This document shows positions 1-14,134 of a DNA stretch of 64,000 nt, one piece after another (position 1 is the first letter of the stretch; each line of letters begins with the position of its first letter). The translations under genes and the position numbers were made by a program. Under the pieces are notes generated by a model, which saw nothing but the letters and a program-made list of their open reading frames with translations, had not been told where the DNA came from and ran no database searches. This DNA comes from Macrostomum lignano (taxonomy: Eukaryota), in NCBI GenBank assembly GCA_002269645.1, contig NIVC01000736.1:186001-250000 (forward strand). The letters run 5' to 3'.

Positions 1-3000
1 CTTCCTCAAGAAACCGACTCTCCTGGAGAATCGCCTGAATCTTCCTCAAGAAACCGACTCTCCTGGAGAATCGCCTGAATCTTCCTCAAGAAACCGACTC
101 TCCTGGAGAATCGCCTGAATCTTCCTCAAGAAACCGACTCTCCTGGAGAATCGCCTGAATCTTCCTCAAGAAACCGACTCTCCTGGAGAATCGCCTGAAT
201 CTTCCTCAAGAAACCGACTCTCCTGGAGAATCGCCTGAATCTTCCTCAAGAAACCGACTCTCCTGGAGAATCGCCTGAATCTTCCTCAAGAAACCGACTC
301 TCCTGGAGAATCGCCTGAATCTTCCTCAAGAAACCGACTCTCCTGGAGAATCGCCTGAATCTTCCTCAAGAAACCGACTCTCCTGGAGAATCGCCTGAAT
401 CTTCCTCAAGAAACCGACTCTCCTGGAGAATCGCCTGAATCTTCCTCAAGAAACCGACTCTCCTGGAGAATCGCCTGAATCTTCCTCAAGAAACCGACTC
501 TCCTGGAGAATCGCCTGAATCTTCCTCAAGAAACCGACTCTCCTGGAGAATCGCCTGAATCTTCCTCAAGAAACCGACTCTCCTGGAGAATCGCCTGAAT
601 CTTCCTCAAGAAACCGACTCTCCTGGAGAATCGCCTGAATCTTCCTCAAGAAACCGACTCTCCTGGAGAATCGCCTGAATCTTCCTCAAGAAACCGACTC
701 TCCTGGAGAATCGCCTGAATCTTCCTCAAGAAACCGACTCTCCTGGAGAATCGCCTGAATCTTCCTCAAGAAACCGACTCTCCTGGAGAATCGCCTGAAT
801 CTTCCTCAAGAAACCGACTCTCCTGGAGAATCGCCTGAATCTTCCTCAAGAAACCGACTCTCCTGGAGAATCGCCTGAATCTTCCTCAAGAAACCGACTC
901 TCCTGGAGAATCGCCTGAATCTTCCTCAAGAAACCGACTCTCCTGGAGAATCGCCTGAATCTTCCTCAAGAAACCGACTCTCCTGGAGAATCGCCTGAAT
1001 CTTCCTCAAGAAACCGACTCTCCTGGAGAATCGCCTGAATCTTCCTCAAGAAACCGACTCTCCTGGAGAATCGCCTGAATCTTCCTCAAGAAACCGACTC
1101 TCCTGGAGAATCGCCTGAATCTTCCTCAAGAAACCGACTCTCCTGGAGAATCGCCCCCCTCTTCCTCAAGAAACCGACTCTCCTGGAGAATCGCCTGAAT
1201 CTTCCTCAAGAAACCGACTCTCCTGGAGAATCGCCTGAATCTTCCTCAAGAAACCGACTCTCCTGGAGAATCGCCTGAATCTTCCTCAAGAAACCGACTC
1301 TCCTGGAGAATCGCCTGAATCTTCCTCAAGAAACCGACTCTCCTGGAGAATCGCCTGAATCTTCCTCAAGAAACCGACTCTCCTGGAGAATCGCCTGAAT
1401 CTTCCTCAAGAAACCGACTCTCCTGGAGAATCGCCTGAATCTTCCTCAAGAAACCGACTCTCCTGGAGAATCGCCTGAATCTTCCTCAAGAAACCGACTC
1501 TCCTGGAGAATCGCCTGAATCTTCCTCAAGAAACCGACTCTCCTGGAGAATCGCCTGAATCTTCCTCAAGAAACCGACTCTCCTGGAGAATCGCCTGAAT
1601 CTTCCTCAAGAAACCGACTCTCCTGGAGAATCGCCTGAATCTTCCTCAAGAAACCGACTCTCCTGGAGAATCGCCTGAATCTTCCTCAAGAAACCGACTC
1701 TCCTGGAGAATCGCCTGAATCTTCCTCAAGAAACCGACTCTCCTGGAGAATCGCCTGAATCTTCCTCAAGAAACCGACTCTCCTGGAGAATCGCCTGAAT
1801 CTTCCTCAAGAAACCGACTCTCCTGGAGAATCGCCTGAATCTTCCTCAAGAAACCGACTCTCCTGGAGAATCGCCCCCCTCTTCCTCAAGAAACCGACTC
1901 TCCTGGAGAATCGCCTGAATCTTCCTCAAGAAACCGACTCTCCTGGAGAATCGCCTGAATCTTCCTCAAGAAACCGACTCTCCTGGAGAATCGCCTGAAT
2001 CTTCCTCAAGAAACCGACTCTCCTGGAGAATCGCCTGAATCTTCCTCAAGAAACCGACTCTCCTGGAGAATCGCCTGAATCTTCCTCAAGAAACCGACTC
2101 TCCTGGAGAATCGCCCCCCTCTTCCTCAAGAAACCGACTCTCCTGGAGAATCGCCTGAATCTTCCTCAAGAAACCGACTCTCCTGGAGAATCGCCTGAAT
2201 CTTCCTCAAGAAACCGACTCTCCTGGAGAATCGCCTGAATCTTCCTCAAGAAACCGACTCTCCTGGAGAATCGCCTGAATCTTCCTCAAGAAACCGACTC
2301 TCCTGGAGAATCGCCTGAATCTTCCTCAAGAAACCGACTCTCCTGGAGAATCGCCTGAATCTTCCTCAAGAAACCGACTCTCCTGGAGAATCGCCTGAAT
2401 CTTCCTCAAGAAACCGACTCTCCTGGAGAATCGCCTGAATCTTCCTCAAGAAACCGACTCTCCTGGAGAATCGCCTGAATCTTCCTCAAGAAACCGACTC
2501 TCCTGGAGAATCGCCTGAATCTTCCTCAAGAAACCGACTCTCCTGGAGAATCGCCTGAATCTTCCTCAAGAAACCGACTCTCCTGGAGAATCGCCTGAAT
2601 CTTCCTCAAGAAACCGACTCTCCTGGAGAATCGCCTGAATCTTCCTCAAGAAACCGACTCTCCTGGAGAATCGCCTGAATCTTCCTCAAGAAACCGACTC
2701 TCCTGGAGAATCGCCTGAATCTTCCTCAAGAAACCGACTCTCCTGGAGAATCGCCTGAATCTTCCTCAAGAAACCGACTCTCCTGGAGAATCGCCTGAAT
2801 CTTCCTCAAGAAACCGACTCTCCTGGAGAATCGCCTGAATCTTCCTCAAGAAACCGACTCTCCTGGAGAATCGCCTGAATCTTCCTCAAGAAACCGACTC
2901 TCCTGGAGAATCGCCTGAATCTTCCTCAAGAAACCGACTCTCCTGGAGAATCGCCTGAATCTTCCTCAAGAAACCGACTCTCCTGGAGAATCGCCTGAAT

Positions 3001-6000
3001 CTTCCTCAAGAAACCGACTCTCCTGGAGAATCGCCTGAATCTTCCTCAAGAAACCGACTCTCCTGGAGAATCGCCTGAATCTTCCTCAAGAAACCGACTC
3101 TCCTGGAGAATCGCCTGAATCTTCCTCAAGAAACCGACTCTCCTGGAGAATCGCCCCCCTCTTCCTCAAGAAACCGACTCTCCTGGAGAATCGCCCCCCT
3201 CTTCCTCAAGAAACCGACTCTCCTGGAGAATCGCCTGAATCTTCCTCAAGAAACCGACTCTCCTGGAGAATCGCCTGAATCTTCCTCAAGAAACCGACTC
3301 TCCTGGAGAATCGCCTGAATCTTCCTCAAGAAACCGACTCTCCTGGAGAATCGCCTGAATCTTCCTCAAGAAACCGACTCTCCTGGAGAATCGCCTGAAT
3401 CTTCCTCAAGAAACCGACTCTCCTGGAGAATCGCCTGAATCTTCCTCAAGAAACCGACTCTCCTGGAGAATCGCCTGAATCTTCCTCAAGAAACCGACTC
3501 TCCTGGAGAATCGCCTCTTCCTCAAGAAACCGACTCTCCTGGAGAATCGCCCCCCTCTTCCTCAAGAAACCGACTCTCCTGGAGAATCGCCTGAATCTTC
3601 CTCAAGAAACCGACTCTCCTGGAGAATCGCCCCCCTCTTCCTCAAGAAACCGACTCTCCTGGAGAATCGCCTGAATCTTCCTCAAGAAACCGACTCTCCT
3701 GGAGAATCGCCCCCCTCTTCCTCAAGAAACCGACTCTCCTGGAGAATCGCCTGAATCTTCCTCAAGAAACCGACTCTCCTGGAGAATCGCCTGAATCTTC
3801 CTCAAGAAACCGACTCTCCTGGAGAATCGCCTGAATCTTCCTCAAGAAACCGACTCTCCTGGAGAATCGCCTGAATCTTCCTCAAGAAACCGACTCTCCT
3901 GGAGAATCGCCTGAATCTTCCTCAAGAAACCGACTCTCCTGGAGAATCGCCTGAATCTTCCTCAAGAAACCGACTCTCCTGGAGAATCGCCTGAATCTTC
4001 CTCAAGAAACCGACTCTCCTGGAGAATCGCCTGAATCTTCCTCAAGAAACCGACTCTCCTGGAGAATCGCCTGAATCTTCCTCAAGAAACCGACTCTCCT
4101 GGAGAATCGCCTGAATCTTCCTCAAGAAACCGACTCTCCTGGAGAATCGCCTGAATCTTCCTCAAGAAACCGACTCTCCTGGAGAATCGCCTGAATCTTC
4201 CTCAAGAAACCGACTCTCCTGGAGAATCGCCTGAATCTTCCTCAAGAAACCGACTCTCCTGGAGAATCGCCTGAATCTTCCTCAAGAAACCGACTCTCCT
4301 GGAGAATCGCCTGAATCTTCCTCAAGAAACCGACTCTCCTGGAGAATCGCCTGAATCTTCCTCAAGAAACCGACTCTCCTGGAGAATCGCCTGAATCTTC
4401 CTCAAGAAACCGACTCTCCTGGAGAATCGCCTGAATCTTCCTCAAGAAACCGACTCTCCTGGAGAATCGCCTGAATCTTCCTCAAGAAACCGACTCTCCT
4501 GGAGAATCGCCTGAATCTTCCTCAAGAAACCGACTCTCCTGGAGAATCGCCTGAATCTTCCTCAAGAAACCGACTCTCCTGGAGAATCGCCTGAATCTTC
4601 CTCAAGAAACCGACTCTCCTGGAGAATCGCCTGAATCTTCCTCAAGAAACCGACTCTCCTGGAGAATCGCCTGAATCTTCCTCAAGAAACCGACTCTCCT
4701 GGAGAATCGCCTGAATCTTCCTCAAGAAACCGACTCTCCTGGAGAATCGCCTGAATCTTCCTCAAGAAACCGACTCTCCTGGAGAATCGCCTGAATCTTC
4801 CTCAAGAAACCGACTCTCCTGGAGAATCGCCTGAATCTTCCTCAAGAAACCGACTCTCCTGGAGAATCGCCTGAATCTTCCTCAAGAAACCGACTCTCCT
4901 GGAGAATCGCCTGAATCTTCCTCAAGAAACCGACTCTCCTGGAGAATCGCCTGAATCTTCCTCAAGAAACCGACTCTCCTGGAGAATCGCCTGAATCTTC
5001 CTCAAGAAACCGACTCTCCTGGAGAATCGCCTGAATCTTCCTCAAGAAACCGACTCTCCTGGAGAATCGCCTGAATCTTCCTCAAGAAACCGACTCTCCT
5101 GGAGAATCGCCCCCCTCTTCCTCAAGAAACCGACTCTCCTGGAGAATCGCCTGAATCTTCCTCAAGAAACCGACTCTCCTGGAGAATCGCCTGAATCTTC
5201 CTCAAGAAACCGACTCTCCTGGAGAATCGCCTGAATCTTCCTCAAGAAACCGACTCTCCTGGAGAATCGCCTGAATCTTCCTCAAGAAACCGACTCTCCT
5301 GGAGAATCGCCTGAATCTTCCTCAAGAAACCGACTCTCCTGGAGAATCGCCTGAATCTTCCTCAAGAAACCGACTCTCCTGGAGAATCGCCCCCCTCTTC
5401 CTCAAGAAACCGACTCTCCTGGAGAATCGCCTGAATCTTCCTCAAGAAACCGACTCTCCTGGAGAATCGCCTGAATCTTCCTCAAGAAACCGACTCTCCT
5501 GGAGAATCGCCTGAATCTTCCTCAAGAAACCGACTCTCCTGGAGAATCGCCTGAATCTTCCTCAAGAAACCGACTCTCCTGGAGAATCGCCTGAATCTTC
5601 CTCAAGAAACCGACTCTCCTGGAGAATCGCCTGAATCTTCCTCAAGAAACCGACTCTCCTGGAGAATCGCCTGAATCTTCCTCAAGAAACCGACTCTCCT
5701 GGAGAATCGCCTGAATCTTCCTCAAGAAACCGACTCTCCTGGAGAATCGCCTGAATCTTCCTCAAGACTCTCCTGGAGAATCGCCTGAATCTTCCTCAAG
5801 AAACCGACTCTCCTGGAGAATCGCCTGAATCTTCCTCAAGAAACCGACTCTCCTGGAGAATCGCCTGAATCTTCCTCAAGAAACCGACTCTCCTGGAGAA
5901 TCGCCTGAATCTTCCTCAAGAAACCGACTCTCCTGGAGAATCGCCTGAATCTTCCTCAAGAAACCGACTCTCCTGGAGAATCGCCTGAATCTTCCTCAAG

Positions 6001-9000
6001 AAACCGACTCTCCTGGAGAATCGCCTGAATCTTCCTCAAGAAACCGACTCTCCTGGAGAATCGCCTGAATCTTCCTCAAGAAACCGACTCTCCTGGAGAA
6101 TCGCCTGAATCTTCCTCAAGAAACCGACTCTCCTGGAGAATCGCCTGAATCTTCCTCAAGAAACCGACTCTCCTGGAGAATCGCCTGAATCTTCCTCAAG
6201 AAACCGACTCTCCTGGAGAATCGCCTGAATCTTCCTCAAGAAACCGACTCTCCTGGAGAATCGCCTGAATCTTCCTCAAGAAACCGACTCTCCTGGAGAA
6301 TCGCCTGAATCTTCCTCAAGAAACCGACTCTCCTGGAGAATCGCCTGAATCTTCCTCAAGAAACCGACTCTCCTGGAGAATCGCCTGAATCTTCCTCAAG
6401 AAACCGACTCTCCTGGAGAATCGCCTGAATCTTCCTCAAGAAACCGACTCTCCTGGAGAATCGCCTGAATCTTCCTCAAGAAACCGACTCTCCTGGAGAA
6501 TCGCCTGAATCTTCCTCAAGAAACCGACTCTCCTGGAGAATCGCCTGAATCTTCCTCAAGAAACCGACTCTCCTGGAGAATCGCCTGAATCTTCCTCAAG
6601 AAACCGACTCTCCTGGAGAATCGCCTGAATCTTCCTCAAGAAACCGACTCTCCTGGAGAATCGCCTGAATCTTCCTCAAGAAACCGACTCTCCTGGAGAA
6701 TCGCCTGAATCTTCCTCAAGAAACCGACTCTCCTGGAGAATCGCCTGAATCTTCCTCAAGAAACCGACTCTCCTGGAGAATCGCCTGAATCTTCCTCAAG
6801 AAACCGACTCTCCTGGAGAATCGCCCCCCTCTTCCTCAAGAAACCGACTCTCCTGGAGAATCGCCTGAATCTTCCTCAAGAAACCGACTCTCCTGGAGAA
6901 TCGCCTGAATCTTCCTCAAGAAACCGACTCTCCTGGAGAATCGCCCCCCTCTTCCTCAAGAAACCGACTCTCCTGGAGAATCGCCTGAATCTTCCTCAAG
7001 AAACCGACTCTCCTGGAGAATCGCCTCTTCGTCAAGAAACCGACTCTCCTGGAGAATCGCCTGAATCTTCCTCAAGAAACCGACTCTCCTGGAGAATCGC
7101 CTGAATCTTCCTCAAGAAACCGACTCTCCTGGAGAATCGCCTGAATCTTCCTCAAGAAACCGACTCTCCTGGAGAATCGCCTGAATCTTCCTCAAGAAAC
7201 CGACTCTCCTGGAGAATCGCCTGAATCTTCCTCAAGAAACCGACTCTCCTGGAGAATCGCCTGAATCTTCCTCAAGAAACCGACTCTCCTGGAGAATCGC
7301 CTGAATCTTCCTCAAGAAACCGACTCTCCTGGAGAATCGCCTGAATCTTCCTCAAGAAACCGACTCTCCTGGAGAATCGCCTGAATCTTCCTCAAGAAAC
7401 CGACTCTCCTGGAGAATCGCCTGAATCTTCCTCAAGAAACCGACTCTCCTGGAGAATCGCCTGAATCTTCCTCAAGAAACCGACTCTCCTGGAGAATCGC
7501 CTGAATCTTCCTCAAGAAACCGACTCTCCTGGAGAATCGCCTGAATCTTCCTCAAGAAACCGACTCTCCTGGAGAATCGCCTGAATCTTCCTCAAGAAAC
7601 CGACTCTCCTGGAGAATCGCCCCCCTCTTCCTCAAGAAACCGACTCTCCTGGAGAATCGCCTGAATCTTCCTCAAGAAACCGACTCTCCTGGAGAATCGC
7701 CTGAATCTTCCTCAAGAAACCGACTCTCCTGGAGAATCGCCTGAATCTTCCTCAAGAAACCGACTCTCCTGGAGAATCGCCTGAATCTTCCTCAAGAAAC
7801 CGACTCTCCTGGAGAATCGCCTGAATCTTCCTCAAGAAACCGACTCTCCTGGAGAATCGCCTGAATCTTCCTCAAGAAACCGACTCTCCTGGAGAATCGC
7901 CTGAATCTTCCTCAAGAAACCGACTCTCCTGGAGAATCGCCTGAATCTTCCTCAAGAAACCGACTCTCCTGGAGAATCGCCTGAATCTTCCTCAAGAAAC
8001 CGACTCTCCTGGAGAATCGCCTGAATCTTCCTCAAGAAACCGACTCTCCTGGAGAATCGCCTGAATCTTCCTCAAGAAACCGACTCTCCTGGAGAATCGC
8101 CTGAATCTTCCTCAAGAAACCGACTCTCCTGGAGAATCGCCTGAATCTTCCTCAAGAAACCGACTCTCCTGGAGAATCGCCTGAATCTTCCTCAAGAAAC
8201 CGACTCTCCTGGAGAATCGCCTGAATCTTCCTCAAGAAACCGACTCTCCTGGAGAATCGCCTGAATCTTCCTCAAGAAACCGACTCTCCTGGAGAATCGC
8301 CTGAATCTTCCTCAAGAAACCGACTCTCCTGGAGAATCGCCTGAATCTTCCTCAAGAAACCGACTCTCCTGGAGAATCGCCCCCCTCTTCCTCAAGAAAC
8401 CGACTCTCCTGGAGAATCGCCTGAATCTTCCTCAAGAAACCGACTCTCCTGGAGAATCGCCTGAATCTTCCTCAAGAAACCGACTCTCCTGGAGAATCGC
8501 CTGAATCTTCCTCAAGAAACCGACTCTCCTGGAGAATCGCCTGAATCTTCCTCAAGAAACCGACTCTCCTGGAGAATCGCCTGAATCTTCCTCAAGAAAC
8601 CGACTCTCCTGGAGAATCGCCTGAATCTTCCTCAAGAAACCGACTCTCCTGGAGAATCGCCTGAATCTTCCTCAAGAAACCGACTCTCCTGGAGAATCGC
8701 CTGAATCTTCCTCAAGAAACCGACTCTCCTGGAGAATCGCCTGAATCTTCCTCAAGAAACCGACTCTCCTGGAGAATCGCCCCCCTCTTCCTCAAGAAAC
8801 CGACTCTCCTGGAGAATCGCCTGAATCTTCCTCAAGAAACCGACTCTCCTGGAGAATCGCCTGAATCTTCCTCAAGAAACCGACTCTCCTGGAGAATCGC
8901 CTGAATCTTCCTCAAGAAACCGACTCTCCTGGAGAATCGCCCCCCTCTTCCTCAAGAAACCGACTCTCCTGGAGAATCGCCTGAATCTTCCTCAAGAAAC

Positions 9001-12000
9001 CGACTCTCCTGGAGAATCGCCTGAATCTTCCTCAAGAAACCGACTCTCCTGGAGAATCGCCTGAATCTTCCTCAAGAAACCGACTCTCCTGGAGAATCGC
9101 CTGAATCTTCCTCAAGAAACCGACTCTCCTGGAGAATCGCCTGAATCTTCCTCAAGAAACCGACTCTCCTGGAGAATCGCCTGAATCTTCCTCAAAAACC
9201 GACTCTCCTGGAGAATCGCCTGAATCTTCCTCAAGAAACCGACTCTCCTGGAGAATCGCCTGAATCTTCCTCAAGAAACCGACTCTCCTGGAGAATCGCC
9301 TGAATCTTCCTCAAGAAACCGACTCTCCTGGAGAATCGCCTGAATCTTCCTCAAGAAACCGACTCTCCTGGAGAATCGCCTGAATCTTCCTCAAGAAACC
9401 GACTCTCCTGGAGAATCGCCTGAATCTTCCTCAAGAAACCGACTCTCCTGGAGAATCGCCTGAATCTTCCTCAAGAAACCGACTCTCCTGGAGAATCGCC
9501 TGAATCTTCCTCAAGAAACCGACTCTCCTGGAGAATCGCCTGAATCTTCCTCAAGAAACCGACTCTCCTGGAGAATCGCCTGAATCTTCCTCAAGAAACC
9601 GACTCTCCTGGAGAATCGCCTGAATCTTCCTCAAGAAACCGACTCTCCTGGAGAATCGCCTGAATCTTCCTCAAGAAACCGACTCTCCTGGAGAATCGCC
9701 TGAATCTTCCTCAAGAAACCGACTCTCCTGGAGAATCGCCTGAATCTTCCTCAAGAAACCGACTCTCCTGGAGAATCGCCTGAATCTTCCTCAAGAAACC
9801 GACTCTCCTGGAGAATCGCCCCCCTCTTCCTCAAGAAACCGACTCTCCTGGAGAATCGCCTGAATCTTCCTCAAGAAACCGACTCTCCTGGAGAATCGCC
9901 TGAATCTTCCTCAAGAAACCGACTCTCCTGGAGAATCGCCTGAATCTTCCTCAAGAAACCGACTCTCCTGGAGAATCGCCTGAATCTTCCTCAAGAAACC
10001 GACTCTCCTGGAGAATCGCCTGAATCTTCCTCAAGAAACCGACTCTCCTGGAGAATCGCCTGAATCTTCCTCAAGAAACCGACTCTCCTGGAGAATCGCC
10101 TGAATCTTCCTCAAGAAACCGACTCTCCTGGAGAATCGCCTGAATCTTCCTCAAGAAACCGACTCTCCTGGAGAATCGCCTGAATCTTCCTCAAGAAACC
10201 GACTCTCCTGGAGAATCGCCTGAATCTTCCTCAAGAAACCGACTCTCCTGGAGAATCGCCCCCCTCTTCCTCAAGAAACCGACTCTCCTGGAGAATCGCC
10301 TGAATCTTCCTCAAGAAACCGACTCTCCTGGAGAATCGCCTGAATCTTCCTCAAGAAACCGACTCTCCTGGAGAATCGCCTGAATCTTCCTCAAGAAACC
10401 GACTCTCCTGGAGAATCGCCTGAATCTTCCTCAAGAAACCGACTCTCCTGGAGAATCGCCTGAATCTTCCTCAAGAAACCGACTCTCCTGGAGAATCGCC
10501 TGAATCTTCCTCAAGAAACCGACTCTCCTGGAGAATCGCCTGAATCTTCCTCAAGAAACCGACTCTCCTGGAGAATCGCCTGAATCTTCCTCAAGAAACC
10601 GACTCTCCTGGAGAATCGCCTCTTCCTCAAGAAACCGACTCTCCTGGAGAATCGCCTGAATCTTCCTCAAGAAACCGACTCTCCTGGAGAATCGCCTGAA
10701 TCTTCCTCAAGAAACCGACTCTCCTGGAGAATCGCCTGAATCTTCCTCAAGAAACCGACTCTCCTGGAGAATCGCCTGAATCTTCCTCAAGAAACCGACT
10801 CTCCTGGAGAATCGCCTGAATCTTCCTCAAGAAACCGACTCTCCTGGAGAATCGCCTGAATCTTCCTCAAGAAACCGACTCTCCTGGAGAATCGCCCCCC
10901 TCTTCCTCAAGAAACCGACTCTCCTGGAGAATCGCCTGAATCTTCCTCAAGAAACCGACTCTCCTGGAGAATCGCCTGAATCTTCCTCAAGAAACCGACT
11001 CTCCTGGAGAATCGCCTGAATCTTCCTCAAGAAACCGACTCTCCTGGAGAATCGCCTGAATCTTCCTCAAGAAACCGACTCTCCTGGAGAATCGCCCCCC
11101 TCTTCCTCAAGAAACCGACTCTCCTGGAGAATCGCCTGAATCTTCCTCAAGAAACCGACTCTCCTGGAGAATCGCCTGAATCTTCCTCAAGAAACCGACT
11201 CTCCTGGAGAATCGCCTGAATCTTCCTCAAAAACCGACTCTCCTGGAGAATCGCCTGAATCTTCCTCAAGAAACCGACTCTCCTGGAGAATCGCCTGAAT
11301 CTTCCTCAAGAAACCGACTCTCCTGGAGAATCGCCTGAATCTTCCTCAAAAACCGACTCTCCTGGAGAATCGCCTGAATCTTCCTCAAGAAACCGACTCT
11401 CCTGGAGAATCGCCTCTTCCTCAAGAAACCGACTCTCCTGGAGAATCACCTGAATCTTCCTCAAAAACCGACTCTCCTGGATAATCGCCTGAATCTTCCT
11501 CAAAAACCGACTCTCCTGGAGAATCGCCTGAATCTTCCTCAAGAAACCGACTCTCCTGGAGAATCGCCTGAATCTTCCTCAAGAAACCGACTCTCCTGGA
11601 GAATCGCCTGAATCTTCCTCAAAAACCGACTCTCCTGGAGAATCGCCTGAATCTTCCTCAAGAAACCGACTCTCCTGGAGAATCGCCTGAATCTTCCTCA
11701 AGAAACCGACTCTCCTGGAGAATCGCCTGAATCTTCCTCAAGAAACCGACTCTCCTGGAGAATCGCCTGAATCTTCCTCAAGAAACCGACTCTCCTGGAG
11801 AATCGCCTGAATCTTCCTCAAGAAACCGACTCTCCTGGAGAATCGCCTGAATCTTCCTCAAGAAACCGACTCTCCTGGAGAATCGCCTGAATCTTCCTCA
11901 AGAAACCGACTCTCCTGGAGAATCGCCTGAATCTTCCTCAAGAAACCGACTCTCCTGGAGAATCGCCTGAATCTTCCTCAAGAAACCGACTCTCCTGGAG

Positions 12001-13760
12001 AATCGCCCCCCTCTTCCTCAAGAAACCGACTCTCCTGGAGAATCGCCTGAATCTTCCTCAAGAAACCGACTCTCCTGGAGAATCGCCTCTTCCTCAAGAA
12101 ACCGACTCTCCTGGAGAATCGCCTGAATCTTCCTCAAAAACCGACTCTCCTGGAGAATCGCCTGAATCTTCCTCAAGAAACCGACTCTCCTGGAGAATCG
12201 CCTCTTCCTCAAGAAACCGACTCTCCTGGAGAATCGCCTGAATCTTCCTCAAGAAACCGACTCTCCTGGAGAATCGCCTGAATCTTCCTCAAGAAACCGA
12301 CTCTCCTGGAGAATCGCCTGAATCTTCCTCAAGAAACCGACTCTCCTGGAGAATCGCCTCTTCCTCAAGAAACCGACTCTCCTGGAGAATCGCCTCTTCC
12401 TCAAGAAACCGACTCTCCTGGAGAATCGCCTGAATCTTCCTCAAGAAACCGACTCTCCTGGAGAATCGCCTGAATCTTCCTCAAGAAACCGACTCTCCTG
12501 GAGAATCACCTGAATCTTCCTCAAAAACCGACTCTCCTGGATAATCGCCTGAATCTTCCTCAAAAACCGACTCTCCTGGAGAATCGCCTGAATCTTCCTC
12601 AAGAAACCGACTCTCCTGGAGAATCACCTGAATCTTCCTCAAAAACCGACTCTCCTGGAGAATCGCCTGAATCTTCCTCAAGAAACCGACTCTCCTGGAG
12701 AATCGCCCCCTCTTCCTCAAAAACCGACTCTCCTGGATAATCGCCTGAATCTTCCTCAAAAACCGACTCTCCTGGAGAATCGCCTGAATCTTCCTCAAAA
12801 AACCGACTCTCCTGGAGAATCGCCTGAATCTTCCTCAAGAAACCGACTCTCCTGGAGAATCGCCCCCTCTTCCTCAAGAAACCGACTCTCCTGGAGAATC
12901 GCCTGAATCTTCCTCAAAAACCGACTCTCCTGGAGAATCGCCTGAATCTTCCTCAAGAAACCGACTCTCCTGGAGAATCGCCCCCTCTTCCTCAAGAAAC
13001 CGACTCTCCTGGAGAATCGCCTGAATCTTCCTCAAGAAACCGACTCTCCTGGAGAATCGCCTGAATCTTCCTCAAGAAACCGACTCTCCTGGAGAATCGC
13101 CTGAATCTTCCTCAAGAAACCGACTCTCCTGGAGAATCGCCCCCCTCTTCCTCAAGAAACCGACTCTCCTGGAGAATCGCCTGAATCTTCCTCAAGAAAC
13201 CGACTCTCCTGGAGAATCGCCTGAATCTTCCTCAAGAAACCGACTCTCCTGGAGAATCGCCCCCTCTTCCTCAAGAAACCGACTCTCCTGGAGAATCGCC
13301 CCCTCTTCCTCAAGAAACCGACTCTCCTGGAGAATCGCCTGAATCTTCCTCAAGAAACCGACTCTCCTGGAGAATCGCCCCCTCTTCCTCAAGAAACCGA
13401 CTCTCCTGGAGAATCGCCTGAATCTTCCTCAAAAACCGACTCTCCTGGAGAATCGCCTGAATCTTCCTCAAGAAACCGACTCTCCTGGAGAATCGCCCCC
13501 TCTTCCTCAAGAAACCGACTCTCCTGGAGAATCGCCTGAATCTTCCTCAAGAAACCGACTCTCCTGGAGAATCGCCTGAATCTTCCTCAAGAAACCGACT
13601 CTCCTGGAGAATCGCCCCAATCTTCCTCAAGAAACCGACTCTCCTGGAGAATCACCTGAATCTTCCTCAAAAACCGACTCTCCTGGATAATCGCCTGAAT
13701 CTTCCTCAAGAAACCGACTCTCCTGGAGAATCGCCTGAATCTTCCTCAAAAACCGACTCT
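1..13760. repeat. 40-bp satellite array (CTTCCTCAAGAAACCGACTCTCCTGGAGAATCGCCTGAAT)n, about 340 copies, truncated by window start
   Basis: Exact 40-bp periodicity read directly. Recurrent variants: CCCCCT for CTGAAT, 36-mers lacking GAAT, 39-mers lacking one G, one 34-mer near 5765. Array ends abruptly near 13760. Confidence 0.99.
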
Positions 13761-14036
13761 CTTCGAGTCACACGGCGCGCCAGTGTTTCACACAGGAAAG
13801 TACATCTTGTACTTGCTTGAAGTGTCCGCCTCGTGCAGGTAAATAATTTTCAGACTACTTTGCACAGAAATTAATTTCTAACTTCTAATCTGACGCTAAC
13901 ACAGAGTTAACAAAAACTTCAAAAATCAAAAAGTCAAAACTAAAGTCAAAATAAAAAGCAGAAATTATTATTCAAGCTGAATAGCCAATAGCATTGGCGC
14001 AGTGAAAGCGCAAAATGTAAATCTGTTGGGTGCGGA

Positions 14037-14042
14037 TTTATT
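14037..14042 (-). promoter_or_regulatory. Candidate polyadenylation signal AATAAA for GPATCH3
   Basis: TTTATT on + strand about 840 nt downstream of the stop, in AT-rich sequence after the minisatellite. Confidence 0.35.
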
Positions 14043-14134
14043 TTACACTGCAAACATGCCTCACTTTACGAGTATTTACAAGATTTATCGCGCAGAAAGA
14101 TAGCTGCATCAGCTGATCACTGAATAAGGTGGCA

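Noticed and set aside
3513-10625. Apparent 3.5-kb higher-order period from 36-mer variants at about 3513, 7023 and 10618
   Set aside because: The flanking variant patterns do not match between the three sites.
11306-13510. Short - strand ORFs (MRKIQAILQESRF...)
   Set aside because: Products of satellite variants that remove a stop. The 40-bp unit is not a codon multiple.
1-13760. CRISPR array or heat-shock/STAT site array
   Set aside because: No spacers and a eukaryotic context. GAAnnTTC occurs as only two units, and TTC-N5-GAA does not fit STAT spacing.
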